Source: Harriotta raleighana (taxonomy: Eukaryota). From it: a DNA stretch of 64,000 nt. The notes below the pieces were generated by a model. That model made no database searches. It saw only the letters and a list, made by a program, of their open reading frames with translations, and was not told the DNA's origin. Made by a program: the position numbers and the translations under genes. Within the stretch, counting starts at the first letter, position 1. Each line of letters begins with the position of its first letter. This document shows positions 1 to 13,366 of the stretch, in pieces. The stretch covers positions 1,991,767 through 2,055,766 of the forward strand of contig JBNZDD010013638.1 of the NCBI GenBank assembly GCA_050575255.1. Reading direction: 5' to 3'.

Positions 1-689
1 ATTTGTTAAGTTACTTGAATCCTGAGACTGATTTACTGCCTGCAATCTTGTACCACCCAACCAGTATCAACAACAACAATAACTTGGAATTTTTATAGAC
101 CCTTCATGGCATCAGTGAGCGCTATCATTTGTATTAAATGTGTTTCACTCTATTTGCTGGAGCCATCGATTTTTGTCTACCACTAATGCTGACGTACAAA
201 ACACACAGCACTGATAGCAGTAAATTATGTGAAATGCTGAGGTATCCATCAAAATGAAAAGCACTATATCAAATGCAAGTTATTATTACAGGAAAATCTT
301 GATAATCTGACATGGCTGGGCAGACTCATATCCCGGATTTTGGAGTTTGTCGGTATTGAGAACCTACCTAGAAATGACTGGGCAAGCCCAACCCCATACA
401 CCACATGTGCTGTAAACACAGCACTGAAGCCCCCAAACTGCTCGAGCTCCAACCACAGCTCCAACCACAGTGGCCAAGCCAGGAACTGTAAGCAGCTGTT
501 TTGAATTTGGGGGATTCGCCGGACATCGTAAAAAAATTAATGCTGTTTGTATTTTGAAATCTTACCGGTTTTAGGGAGTTGCTAACTTTCAGGAATGTTG
601 GATTATCAAGATTTTACTGTATTATACTATCAACAATAACAACAAAATTACATTTATAGAGCCCCTTTGATGTCGGGAGGACGTCCCAA

Positions 690-1638
690 CCTCCATCCTT
701 GGCTCCAGGATCACGACTGTCTTGACAGAAAGTCTGTCAGACATCAAGTCCTGAATGAGAACTAACTTACTACAATTGAACATCAACAAAACTGAAGCCT
801 TTCCTGATTGGCTCACGTCAGCGTCTCCACACCTCAGTTGCTGACAGGATCACCATCCATGGAGCATATTCCATCTCACCAAGCCAGTCCGAAACCTTGC
901 CGTCTTCTTTGACCCTTATTTCTATCCAACATCCATGTCATGACCTGCTCTGCCTTCTTCCACCTCCACAAGATTGTCCAGCTCCACAATGCAGGCCACT
1001 GAAACTCTCATATGTGCATTCATTACATCCAGGCTTGGCCTTACAAACTTCTTGCTTGTCGGCCTTCCCAACTCCTTCCTCCACATGTTGCAGATCATCC
1101 AGGACTCTGTAGCCTGTGTTCTCTTCCCCCACTAGGCACCGTGAACATATCATCCCCACACTCGCCCGCCTCCACTGGCTTCCCATCATACAGAGGGTAC
1201 AGGTAAAGATCCTGGTTTTCACCTTCAAAACCCTCTTCAAAACCCTCCATGGCCTTGCACCTTCCTACTTGTGCGACTTCCTAACCGCCTACCAACCTGC
1301 CTGCTCCCTCTACTCAGCAGGAACCGACCTGCTTCATGTCCCCCTCCTCTCCCACTCCACCACTGGTGGGCAGGTCTTCAGCCACTCTGCCACCACCATC
1401 TGGAATTCCATCCTGCAATCCCTCCACCTCGCCCCATCCCTTGCCTCTTTCATGACCCATAGCGAGACCCTCCTCTTACACCGTGCTTTTGATCAAACTT
1501 CTTCGACTCTGTGCTTCATGCTCCCCAATCCCTATTTATTCCCTGCTTGGGTCCAAAATGTTGCCTCTCCAGCACCTTGGGACGTCATCCCGATGTGAAA
1601 ATGTGCTATATAAATGTAATTATATTGTTATATTATTA
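690..1638 (+). mobile_element. L2-clade LINE, 5'-truncated, frameshifted
   Basis: Remnant ORF2 C-terminus ([32 protein letters not shown]) followed by the L2 3' tail (cttgggacgtc...gctatataaatgtaattatattgtt). Confidence 0.88.
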
Positions 1639-1645
1639 GGCAATA

Positions 1646-2425
1646 CAGTTAACCCTCGTCGAACGCGACTCTATCGATTATGAATTCAAGTATACGCGAC
1701 GAAACAAAAGCATCACTTTTTTGTGCAGCCGCGTAAAACTTGTGTATATGCGCTGGCTGGACCCCGCGCACATACGCATGGGTGAGGACGCCGGCAGATC
1801 CCGACTAAAGACGATGATTCCTCGGCTGGCTGGCCCCGCGCACAATGCATTCTTGGGTAAATATAATAACTCTTTTGCCTCGGAGGGTCCTATGGCATAA
1901 TAAACAGAAGAGACAGAGAGAGAGTCTCCTAATAGTAATTTAGCCTAGCTGTTGTTTTATTGCTTTTTTTTATTGCTTTACTGCTTTGTTATCGCTTTAT
2001 ATAACAAAGCCGGCTGTAACCTTTCTGCGTCTCCCGTCCCGACCGCCAGTGGCTTTCTGCCCCCTGCCCGCCCCCGAGCGGCTCTCTGCTCCCCCACCCC
2101 CTCCCGCCCGCCGCTCTCCCCGATTTCTCTCTGCCTCCCTCCCAGGCTCCTCCTGATATGCCCACGTCCCGGGTGGTAGGAGAGACGAGAGGAAGAGGGG
2201 GAGGGGGAGCAACAAGAGCGGGGAGAGGCGGGCAGAGCGAGGTGCGAGCCAGCCACTTGCAGCCCGCCTCAGTATGTACCTTGCATTCGGATGTGCCTGG
2301 AGGCTTGAGATGTGTAGCCTGCGACTGGATTCCCCTAACCCCACTTTTTCCATTACTTGTTAAGCTTATCCAACTCAATTTTATTGAGTGCACAGTTTTC
2401 CAGGAACGTAACCCCCACGATTGCA
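1646..2425. mobile_element. Tc1/mariner (pogo/Tigger-like) non-autonomous DNA transposon
   Basis: TA followed by CAGTTAACCCTCGTCGAACGCG left end. Tigger-like right subterminal ccaggaacgtaacccccacga near 2400-2420. CpG-rich, internal direct repeat gctggctgg(a)ccccgcgcaca. The terminal part of the right TIR is missing. Confidence 0.6.
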
Positions 2426-3227
2426 AAATAACATTAGATGACATAGAACAGTATGTGATCTTTAGAGGGAAAATGGTACTTAAACGCTATTCTAGTTTAT
2501 TATATCCAGTTCAGAATTGAGTAGAACAAACGTTTTGACTGAATAATAAAAAAACTGAATTGTTAATATTCTATTCAATTCCAAAGTCTGCCCATTTGAT
2601 TTCATCAGTCAATGCTTCCCCCCCACCATTCCTCCCCCATTATTTTTCTTTTCCTGAAGGTAGTATTTCATGCTGGCAACCTAGCAGCACTCTGAAACCT
2701 CAGATATTGGCAAGTTAGTTGCCTCCAATGGTGTGAGTGGATAGACATGGAATCACAGCCAAGGCACAATCCTGTCCAACACCAAACTAATACAGACACA
2801 CACGCAAGCCTACCAAGAAACACACAGACACACGCACAGACGCACAAGCACACATACTCAGACATAGACAAGGACATATGCACAAACAACAACAAATTAC
2901 ATTTGTATTTTGCCTTTCACGTCAGGAAGATGTACCTTAGTGATGGGCACACAGACACACAAACAAATCTGCCCTACAAAATCTGGACTAAAATCACAGA
3001 CCTAGGGACACCCATGCCAAAGATTGAACCTGAAGCATTCCTAATCTATTTTGGTGGTTGGGGGGGTTGGGATCAGGGTCGATGGAGTGCAGAAAGAGTA
3101 GGAGAGTTGCTGAAGGCACGGTCAAAGAGGAGGGTCGTCTGGCATGTTTTGAAGGAGCTATGGGAAGGAGCAAGATGATGGGAATGTGGAAAGCTACAAA
3201 TGGTAGCTGTTACATTAAGATTATATT

Positions 3228-4205
3228 AACCACAACAACTTTGATTTATATAGCACCCTCCACGCCAGACGGCGTCTCTGAGCGCTTCACAATAGCAGAT
3301 CACAGGACCGAGCCTGGGGCAGGGGTAGAAAGATGACCAAAGGCGCGGTCGAAGAGAAAGGTATTCAGCTGGGACTTAAAACTGGAAAAAGAGGGGGCGA
3401 AGCGGAGGGAGTGAGGAAGGGAATTCCAGAGCCTCGGGGCATAGTGGCTGAAAGCACGGCCGCTGAGGGTGAAGTGGAGGATTCGGGGGACATGGAGGAG
3501 GCCAGACCTGGTGGAGCGAAGGCAACGGGTGCTGATTTGAGGACAGAGGAGGTCAGAGATAGGGGGATGCAGAGGAGTGGAGGGATTAGAAGATAAGGGT
3601 GAGGATCTTGAAATCAATCCTCTCTGGGATAGGGAGCCAGTGAAGTCTGGCAAGGACTGGGGTACTGGGAGCAAAGTTTGATGCAGGTGAGAATGGAAGC
3701 GGCAGAGTTTTGGATAAGTTGGACTCTGTGGATTGTGGAGGAGGTGAGACTGGTGAGGAGGGCATTGCAATAGTCCAGCCGAGAGGTGATAAAGGCGTGA
3801 ACAAGGTTTCAGCAGCTTTTGGGGTGAGGTATTGGCGGAGATAGGTGATCCGTCGAAGAAGACAGTGCTGGTGAGCGACCGGATGTGAGGGAGGAAGGAC
3901 AGTTGGGGGTCGAACCTGATACCTAGGTTGCGCACAGGTTCGGAGAGTTTTAGGGGCATACCGGGAAAGTGGAGGAGGTGAGAGCGAATGGAGACGTTGT
4001 CGAGAGCCAAAGAGTATGGGCTCCATCTTGTCAACATTCAACTGCAAGAAATTTGCACTCATCCAGCTCCTGATATCTGACAGGCAGGCTGACAGAACAT
4101 TAGGGGATTGGGGGTCGCAAAGTGAAATGGAGAAACAGAGCTGGATGTCATCCATACATAAGTGGAAGTGTGCTCCATGTGTGAGGATGACATTTCCAAG
4201 AGGAA
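3228..4205 (-). mobile_element. L2-clade LINE 3' portion
   Basis: RT motif remnant (Y)[77 protein letters not shown]; (TTG)n-type tail. Confidence 0.9.
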
Positions 4206-5741
4206 GTATATAGGATATATTGAGGTTAAAGACTTGCCCCTCTCATGTTTTCTGCCGCAGAACATTATTATAATGGAAGCATCTGTGGACAGGCTAGCGT
4301 TAGGGCAACTACTAAGCTGTATGAGCGGGCCAGCCCACAGCCAGAAGAAGTAACAGCTAGCAGCACCAGGTGCAACATAAGGCGATTATTTACCTTGCTC
4401 TTTCTAGAGGCAGGAGATAAACTTGTGCACACTACTTGGTGCCTCCGGAAATAGTGCCATTGTTGTCTCATTTACACTACACCATTACACTATAAACATG
4501 GCCTGAGTCCTATTTCCACCTCACAGAAAGTGGCCTTTGCCCAGAAGTTTATATCCAACGACCTGAATATCTTACAGCTACCCTGTAATGTTGCTGCATT
4601 CCATGATCATTGGCTGCTTGCACTGTGACTGCTGTTTAATACAGAGAAGTGAGCCAGACCATAACAACAACCTCTTATGTCCCTTTGCCAGATGGCCCTG
4701 CAGCGTTTGGTCTAAAAGAGGTAGAAAGCTTATGCCCTCATTCAATATTTGACATAAGCCATAAAAACCTCAGATTTACTAAGCAAAGAAAAATTCTAGG
4801 AAATGTAAATCTTGAGATTTAAACCCAAAATGACTCAAGGTTTTGTCAGTGCTCATTTTTCATTTCTCCTAATTAAGCAAACCATTCAATAAATCTCGAC
4901 ATAAGGAAACGCTCCTTCCGTTTCCTGAAAAAACAAAGTTTTTTGGATGCCTTTGGATGCCGTTAGAATGGATTGCAGTGTCAATAAATACAGCTCGATA
5001 GCAAGACATCTTGACATTTCCTAGATAGCCTAAACCAGTACATCACTGCACAGGAATGCACTGATTCACTCTTTTATAGGCACTTTCAGGAAACTATTCA
5101 TTGCAATGATGTTGAACCCTCGCCTCCCTTCACTAAATACTTATTAGCTATAGGGATCCTGATTAGTGTGACTTACAAAGCTGGTATGTACAATACATGA
5201 CAAATGAACAAAGGAGCATATGTAGGAGAAGCAGCCTGAAGCAACAGGTCTTCTCAGCAGGACAATGAATGAGCATAGGACTGAAGTTGGACAGCAAACT
5301 AAACCCTGTGAAGAAAGCAACAATTCTTAGGACCTTACTGCATTGGTGTTTTTTCCAAATCAAGCGACAACTCAACAACACAAGAACTTTGTTTTGGCAA
5401 CATAAAATGGATAAAATAATCTAAAGAATTGTGGCTGGAGATGAAAAAAAATGTAGATACTCAAAATCCTTTGAAGTGCTTCGTAGACGGATTTTATGTC
5501 TGTACGTTTCAGTGATTCAAACGGTGAAGGGTTGTGTGAAATGTGAATTGACAGAGACAGAGCCAGGGGATAGCAGGGGGCAGAGGAGGGAATGAATGGC
5601 CTATGGCAAAGGCTAATCATTCGCTGCCCAGCAGTTTGAATCATAGCTATTGGACACATTATATTGATTTAATAGCCTCTACAAAATGACTCTTTCCACC
5701 TTAAGTGTGTCCTCCCCATATTTTGCAAATATCCCAGAACC

Positions 5742-5983
5742 AAAAACACAAAATACTGCAGATGCTGGAAATCTGAAATAAAACAGAAATTGCTGGGAAC
5801 ACTCAGCAGATTAGACATCATCTATAGAGAAAGGAAATCGAGTCGATGTTTTGAGTCCATGACCCTTCATCAGAATTGGGGCATGTTGGAAGGACAAAGT
5901 ACTGATGAAGGGTCATGGATTCAAAGCTTTGATTCACTTTCCTTTCTCCATAGATACTGCCGGACCTGCTGATTTCTGTTTTA
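5742..5983. mobile_element. Foldback element, probably Penelope-like terminal-repeat derived, with hammerhead remnants
   Basis: Inverted arms around 5878-5897, each carrying CTGATGAAGGGTCATGGA. Same family as 14606-14817. Confidence 0.7.
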
Positions 5984-7075
5984 CCTCAATGACCCAGTTT
6001 GGAAGAAATTCCACCAGGATCTAGATTTACTCTTAAATACAAATGTAATTTTGTTGTTGTTGTTAAAAGTCTTATCTCTAAAGCAGTTTTTTGAAGTTGT
6101 TGAAAGAACTCACAGAAAACCAACTACAAAATGATGGCTGCATTTAAGAATTTGTCAAATTCTAGATGGTGTAAAATGCTACGTTAATAACGTAAATCTA
6201 GATCTGTGTTTTTTTTAATTTAATTCCCTGAAAAATCTTCTCTGATCACAATAATTCTTGCAAGTTTTCTTTTGTTACTAGCATATTCTGAGGTGAAACA
6301 AAACTGGTTTTGTGCAGAAATGCCAATAACTGAGAAAAGTACATGTAGGGTCAATGTCCACTACACACACTACCACTAAGGGTAAAGTGTTATCACAACA
6401 GATCTCTAGAGATAATTTTACTGCCATATTGTCATTGGCATTTCATACTGTCAATCCTGCTGGGCAAGTGCAAGTTGTTGTTGTTTCTCTAAAATTAATC
6501 CTTCTCGGTCTAGTATAAAGGCCTCTATTACTTCCACTGGTTATTGTGACCTTGTAGAATTTGGAAAAGAACAAAGAAAAGAAGGTTTGTTCCTCCTGGT
6601 GCTTTTTATCCAAACTACAAAAATTCAGCCCAAGGGAATTTATTTAATAAAATTACATTCTCCCACTCTGTGTCTCTGTCTGGATTTAAAAAGCAAAGCG
6701 GTGCGGGCAGAGCACACTTGTCTTTAAATCTGAAGACACAGTTGATAATGAATAGTATCAGCTAAAGCTGTTAATTACCCACTATGTAAAAGATACTTCC
6801 TGATCTCTGTCCTAAAATTGTACTGAACTAAATGCCATTTTGCTCTAGTGCCTTGACACAACTGAAAGTCCTGTTCATTTTTTCCGCCGCAATAGGACAT
6901 GGCCTTCAGCTGGAGACAGAATCACAAAGTACATCAGTAAATCTTCTCCAGTGGAGAACCCAACACATAGCACCTCCAAGAGCGGTTTTTGCACCAGGTA
7001 AAGGTAGAAGTTTTGACTAAAGATTTCACATACAAACACTTACATGAACCCAATGAGGAAAGGAAATAGGCTTGA

Positions 7076-7557
7076 GTCAGACTGGCTGAGTTGTTAGCAC
7101 TCCCACCTCAGTGAGAAGGTTACAGGTTCAAGCTTCATAATAATAATAATAATAATCCTTGCATTTGATATAGCGCTTTTCACATCTTATCAACGTCCCA
7201 AAGCGCTTCACAGAATATACTGTAACGTGAATTGACTGTATATTTGTGGGCAGAATGTTGGGAGTCTGAACCCATATCGTCAAGGCTGAGGCTCCTGACG
7301 CTCTCGTCAGCAAGTTGCGAGTTCAACCGCACAATGGGAATTTGAGCTCAACAATCCAGTGCAATGCATTGTTGAAGGTGATGGCCTTTGGATGAGACAT
7401 TAAATTGTCATCCGTGGGACTTTGCTGTGCATAAATTGGCTGCTACACTCACCTAGAAAACACAAAGTCACTACACCCTACAGTAAATTCCTGTAAAGCT
7501 CCTAGGAGATGTCATGACAATGTGATAAGAATTTATATCAGATATAAAGATTATTAA
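7076..7557 (+). mobile_element. Deu/Nin-domain tRNA-SINE interrupted by an antisense SINE tail (7137-7257)
   Basis: tRNA-like head, gaaggtg..ctttggatgagacattaaa core, L2-like tail. Confidence 0.7.
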
Positions 7558-8519
7558 TCATTCTTCATAATGTCTGCCACTCCTTCAATAGTGATAAGGA
7601 CAGATATTTTAAATTAGGAAACTCGCTCCAAATCAGGAATTAATCATCCTGTCTACTTCACATATCAAATAAAGCAACCACCATGCCCAATTCCCTATAA
7701 TCAATTTGATAATAATGAGGGGATTGTAAGAATGCCATGGAGAGACATTTGTATGTGAAAATAAGGATTAGGATTAGGCATGCACTGTGTTCACATCTCA
7801 AGCTTTCAAGAGGTCCCATTTATTCTCTGTTAAAAAAAATTCCTTTAAAATTCCCAATTTATAGTTCACGATAAAGCAATGACCTATCTAGGCCACAAAT
7901 GATCTTACATCCAACAATTAACTCTTTCCTGAGATGAGAGATTTCCAAACTAAAGATCACTGGAGTGGGAAGATCTGATCAGACTTTAGTATTAACATCA
8001 GTGCTTATATGATTTGGAAGTATGCATTGTGACTTGTGAAGAAAATAATACACATTATTTCCGAACGTTAGATTTTTCTAAATAAAGTCTCATGAAGCAG
8101 TGAGGCATGCTAATATACCACATATTGTGCACCACCTATAACTCGGGAAAGGGAACAACAAGAGCGTTGAAATCTGATACATCACTTTATTGCATTTCAG
8201 TCAGCCATGTGCCTGACACATGGGGAAACCCATCAGAGTCTCCAAACCAAACCTGACAGATCCATGTATCACATCGAAATTCCAAAGATATTTATTGGAA
8301 TGGAATGTGCACTGTCTCCTTGGAGGGAGGCATCCTGTTTACCTAATTCCGCAGAGTATTGGGCACAGGTTGGCAAGAACTGTGCCCTGAGGACCCCAGA
8401 GTGTGCGATAGGGCACGACTGAAGTCTATCTAACGGAAACTGCATAGATACCCATTGAAATGAGTCTGCATGCCCTCTTATCCTGCAGCTGCTTCCCATA
8501 TTCTCTATGTAGTTTTATT

Positions 8520-8960
8520 AGAACTTTACAGCTCCAAAGTAAGCCATTCACCCCATCGTATCTGTGCTGGATCTTTGAAAGAGCAATCTATTTGATTGTA
8601 TTTACATGCATTTTCCCCATCTCCCTGTAAATTATTCCACTTAAATATATATCTAGTTCGCTCTTGAAAACTAATGTGGATCCTGCATCGACTATTACTT
8701 CAAACAGGGCATTCTGCATATGTGTGTAAAACAATCCTTCTGGTGTCTTCCTTTGCTTATTATTTTAAATTGATGCCATCTAATCAATAATCCATTAACT
8801 TAGTGTAAATAATTTCTCCCTATCAAAACTATTAAATCCCCTCATAATTTTAAAGAGTTCAAGCAGAACTCCTCTCTATGTTCTCCATTCTCTGAAAAGA
8901 TTCTCCATTCTAATTTCTTCTCGTCTCTGCTCACAGGTTAAAACACTCATCCCTCGTTTC
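8520..8960 (-). mobile_element. CR1-like LINE 3' fragment, old
   Basis: Antisense of the CR1 tail motif (gccattc..ccatcgtatctgtgctgg..ctttgaaagagc) seen in sense at 12475-12600. Confidence 0.55.
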
Positions 8961-11095
8961 AGGGGTGAAACTGGGTTTTCAAAAGATTGAATTGTGTTTT
9001 TCTAGGAGAATGCCCTGAAAATATTTGAGTTAGGATTTTCTGTTTGTATTGGTGCTCACTCCTGCTATAAGTCTAACAAGATCTACATCTGCACCACAAT
9101 GTGGTAAGGATGAGCAAGCAGGTCAGGCTACACTCACCCTCCTAAAGTCCAAGTCTTTAATGTGGTTTCTTTGAGTCACTCACACACTCTGCTATTATCA
9201 TTTCACTTGCTGCAGTCTGCATCCGCTATGCACAGCTGCAATAGAGACGCCATCTGCCGTCTTCCTCAGGCCAGGAAATGCACTGGGATTGATGCCAAAA
9301 GCATCTTTGGTAACATGGAGTTATGATTTTTTCCATTTTTTGGAGGGTGGGAGAAGACCAAAGACTGCGAACTACAACGCTATTGTATTTTAAAAATGTC
9401 TTTACATTGCTTTCTTTTGATAATACAAAGCTATTGTTGCAAAGAAGTGAAAATAAATGCTATGTCTGGCTTTGAAATCCAAACCAAGGAAAACATGAAA
9501 GAAAGCACATCAAAGAACTTGCCCACCCCCACCACCACTTTCAAATTAAACCTGAGCACTCATGCTGAGAATGGTGTTTTCTTGTCTTGTCTCTATGACC
9601 AAATGGGTCCTTTATTTCAGTACAGCGACACTGACTGTTTTGAGTTATATCACCATCAACTTTTAGAAACACTGCGTAAGGGAGCAATTCTTACGAATTC
9701 TAGGGGGTTGATAAACCTAATATAGGGGAGTAAATCACACATCAGTTTAACATTAATAGGTCAAGCTTTTCCTGGCATTTTGTGATACTTACATATTCTG
9801 GCAAAGAAACAGATGAGCTGAAGCTTTCCAGTTTCAGAGAAATAATGGTCGTGCTTATGTCATAATGCAGCTTTGTTGTAATAGTCCAAGAATAAAACAT
9901 ATCAATCCAATTTGAGCTTCTGACCCTAACTGCGTCACAAATATTACATAATCCACATCATTGTAATAATGTCTGATTACTTGTATGCTAAGTTCAAGTA
10001 AAAAAAACCAACAAAGAAATTGCTTTGTGCAGTTTTTATGTTGATGCACAAGTAATTATTTTATTCAAAACTGAGATACTGAGGTAAAGGGGCCAAGACC
10101 CACACGGCTGAGCACCATCCCATTATGCAATTGGTTTAGCATTTGTGTACATAGTTGTCAGTAAAGTCATGGATTCACATGTCCAGTCTCTTTTAGCATT
10201 GAGTAAAGTACTTATTCAGCAATAATAATAATACTAATAATCCTTGCATTTGATACAGTGCTTTTCATATCTTCTAGACATCTCAAAATACTTCACAGAA
10301 TAGACTGGAAAGTGAATTGACTGTATATACTGTGTGTGGGTGAAACGATGATTCTAAAGGACTTCCACAGCATTTGTCTTAGATGTGAAGGTTTTCCATT
10401 TACAACGAAAGTCGGAGTTGAAGACAATGGGTTTCTAAATACATTTACAGAAGCCTTGCCATTCTCCCTTGTCTTGATTTTTAGATGGCATTGCAGAAAT
10501 GCCACTCACAGACAAGCCAGCATTAACAGCTTGAATGAGTACCTTGAATACTCGAGTACCGAGTACCTTGAGCAAATATCAGTACCTTACCAGAAAAAGA
10601 TGAGGGCAAAAGGAATGTACCAGATCAGACTGCAAAAATAACAGTTAATTCACAAATATGAGCATTAAATATTTAATTCGATGCTTGAGGTCCAAGTCCT
10701 TGGTCCCCTTTTCTACCTGACACTTATAAAAATTGTTGAGCATTTTAAGGCATTCAACTGGAAATATGTTATGCAGGTCAAATCATTATTAAGGTACCTG
10801 GTAATTCTTACAAGTGGCACTTTTTTTGATGAGGTTTAATGCTATAGCAACGCTCATGTCTTCATGTGAATCATAGGGAACTGCAATGCGCATTACATTA
10901 CATTACATTTGATCTTGTATGCCTAGTAACACCAACATTGAGTATATGCCTCTAAAATAGCCGAATGTGTCCATTCCCAGATTTCCATATCATCACTTGA
11001 TCTCAGAAAATCACTCTGCACAGTCTTTCAATTACTTTTCCTAATTACTGCACTTATTGTATATACCTAAAGAAAAGGCAATGGAAATGTTTTAC

Positions 11096-11191
11096 CTCTT
11101 TCGCACTGTGGGCCAGTAAATCCATACACACAGGCACAACGGTTAGGCCCAATGCACCGGCCACCATTCTGGCACCCATTTTCACAGACAG
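11096..11191 (-). CDS. fbn2: Fibrillin coding exon 5 (EGF-like 3); gene continues beyond the left edge
   Basis: 96 nt, gttgcAG|...|GTAAAA. Encodes [32 protein letters not shown]. The next expected exon (DYRTGPC, hybrid domain) was not found in 1-11095. Confidence 0.97.
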
Positions 11192-12474
11192 CTGCAACAC
11201 AAAGAGAAGTGTAAGTGCTTCACCATGACAAACAGTTAGGTCTGTAACACAATAATATTAATAATCCTTACATTTGATATAGCACCTTGTCACTTTTGTT
11301 GAGATGTCTCAAAGCGCTTCACGGGATACACTGTAAAGGTGGATTGACTGTGCATTGGGAGGAATGGTAGTTTCTAAACAGTGAAGGAGAGTAGAAAAGT
11401 CGGCTGAGGGAAGCACTTGGCACAGTGACAAAATATTCCGGAAAATGCCTCTGTGGGCTCCGCAGATGTTCACCTGCATCTAATTTTGTTAAAAGTGCTC
11501 CACTGAATCTACTGCACTGAAGTTTGTTTCCTTAGAATGGGTTTTATTGCAGAACCACACCATGCAATGTGTAACGACTATGGAGAATGAAATGGTTCTC
11601 TTGGAACCCCCAAGATACTAGGGTAATAGGAAAATTAAGTCAACTGAGGACAATATAAAACCACACGATAGTGGAATGTACTGTATATTTCCCAGTTGTT
11701 AGTTCTGAATTTCTGGATACCAGACAGGAGGAAACTATGGAGTGAAAATTACATTCAATGTAATATTTATCACATCAAATGGGTTGAAGCCAGTCCAGCT
11801 CCCTCTCCTCCAACCCCATCACCCATTCTCAGTTAGAAGGCAGAGTCTTCAGGATTTGTATAGCCTGCGGTATTTGGGCTATTGGCTCACAGATTGTGGC
11901 CTTTTATTATCGGTCAGCCGAACATAGGCTTTGAGAGCTTACTCAGAAGTGGAGATTCTGCTTACTCAGAAGTGAAGGTCCTGAGAAAGGCCACAGCCGA
12001 TGGCCACAAATCGAAGCCTGGCAGTCCAATCCCATGGACCAAGTTTCTCCAACTTCAGCAGTGAGACCCAGCTTCTTTCAGAATGCTCTCGGGGAGCATG
12101 GGAGTGGCTACCTTCAGCTCATTTAGGAGCGCGGGGGGGGGNGGGGGGGGGGGGGGGGGATTGCTATAGAAGCGTTAAGAGCAAATAAGATGATGCAAGG
12201 AGAAAAGTGGCAAATGCTCTTTGTTTTAGATATAAAGGTAAACACTATATCCCATTAGTGCTGAAATCATCAGCGGTCAATGCAGATTACGCTCACAAAC
12301 AGAATCATCTCAGTCTCTACGATTCTCATATTCAGCCATAGACTAGCACACAGCAACTGGGTTCATCGTATTTTTGGGTTAGGGAAGGGAAATGTAAGAT
12401 AAGATCTCATTCCTCACAGCTATTCAATGCCTTATTCTAGTATATGTGCATAGACAGTGTGACACCAACAGACA

Positions 12475-12600
12475 AGGCTATGGGGAGAGAGCAGCGGAGA
12501 GGGATTGATTTGGTCAGCTCTTTTCAAAGAGTCGGCACAGACTCGATGGGCCAAATGGCCTCCTTTTGCGCTGTATAATTGTATGGTTCTATGATTCTAA
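12475..12600 (+). mobile_element. CR1-like LINE 3' tail
   Basis: gatgggccaaatggcctcct...ctgtataattgtatggTTCTATGATTCTA, the CR1-type octamer terminus. Confidence 0.75.
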
Positions 12601-13073
12601 GTTAATAATAGCCGTTTGAAATTCAAAATTCCTTATGGTTTTAGCCTGCAGACCATTGTCCTAAGACATAAGATCATGCAAAATATTCGAAAATTCAATA
12701 AAGAGAGCATGTTAACACAGAATGTTGCAGGATATATTTTGAAAACATGGTTTACTCCATTGTTTTTTCCACAAACACCGTTCTAAGATTTTTAATAATG
12801 GAAATATTGAAATGAAATCATTAACTTATCCAAACAACTTTCATTCGTATAGTGCCCTTCATATAGGATAACATCTCAGAGTGCTCCCTAGACACGGCAG
12901 GGCCGTAGAGATAGACTTGGTGTTTCCAGGCATCATTTATAGACAGATTGAGACGGAGAGGTTGAGGAAGGCAGCGTGGTGTTGATGTGGGAAATATATG
13001 TATGGTGAATATACAAAAAGTCTGCATTTGCTGCACAGAGGAGCTGTGCAAGAGCTGAGGCTGGAGAAAGTCC

Positions 13074-13366
13074 TAATAATCCTTTTGATATTTTGATGTA
13101 GCACTTTTCATATCTTCTAGACATCTCAAAGCGCTTCACAGAATATACTGTAAAGTGAATTGACTTTATATGTGGGCAAAACACTGCAGCCAATTGTGCA
13201 CAGCAGTATCCCACAAACAGTCATGGTTGAAATGACCAATTTATTATTGGGGGTTTTTGAGGGATTATTATTAGGTGTGGAGTTAGGAAACTTGCCCAAG
13301 GTTTCACTCTGTCTGAGTTGAACCCAAGTCTTTCACTTGAGAGGCAAGTGCACTAACCATTGAGCG
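13074..13366 (-). mobile_element. tRNA-derived SINE (CORE-like body, L2 tail), adjacent to old L2 fragments 12830-13073
   Basis: Matches the abundant ~310 bp SINE in this window: head gctcaatggttagtgcac, cttgggcaagtttcc, (ATT)n tail. Confidence 0.8.

Noticed and set aside
3300-4037. 245 aa ORF as a gene or intact LINE ORF2
   Set aside because: Frame-switching remnant of a truncated L2.
1-11095. Fibrillin exon 6 (DYRTGPC... hybrid domain)
   Set aside because: No matching Cys-rich frame with splice sites found; probably lies outside the window.
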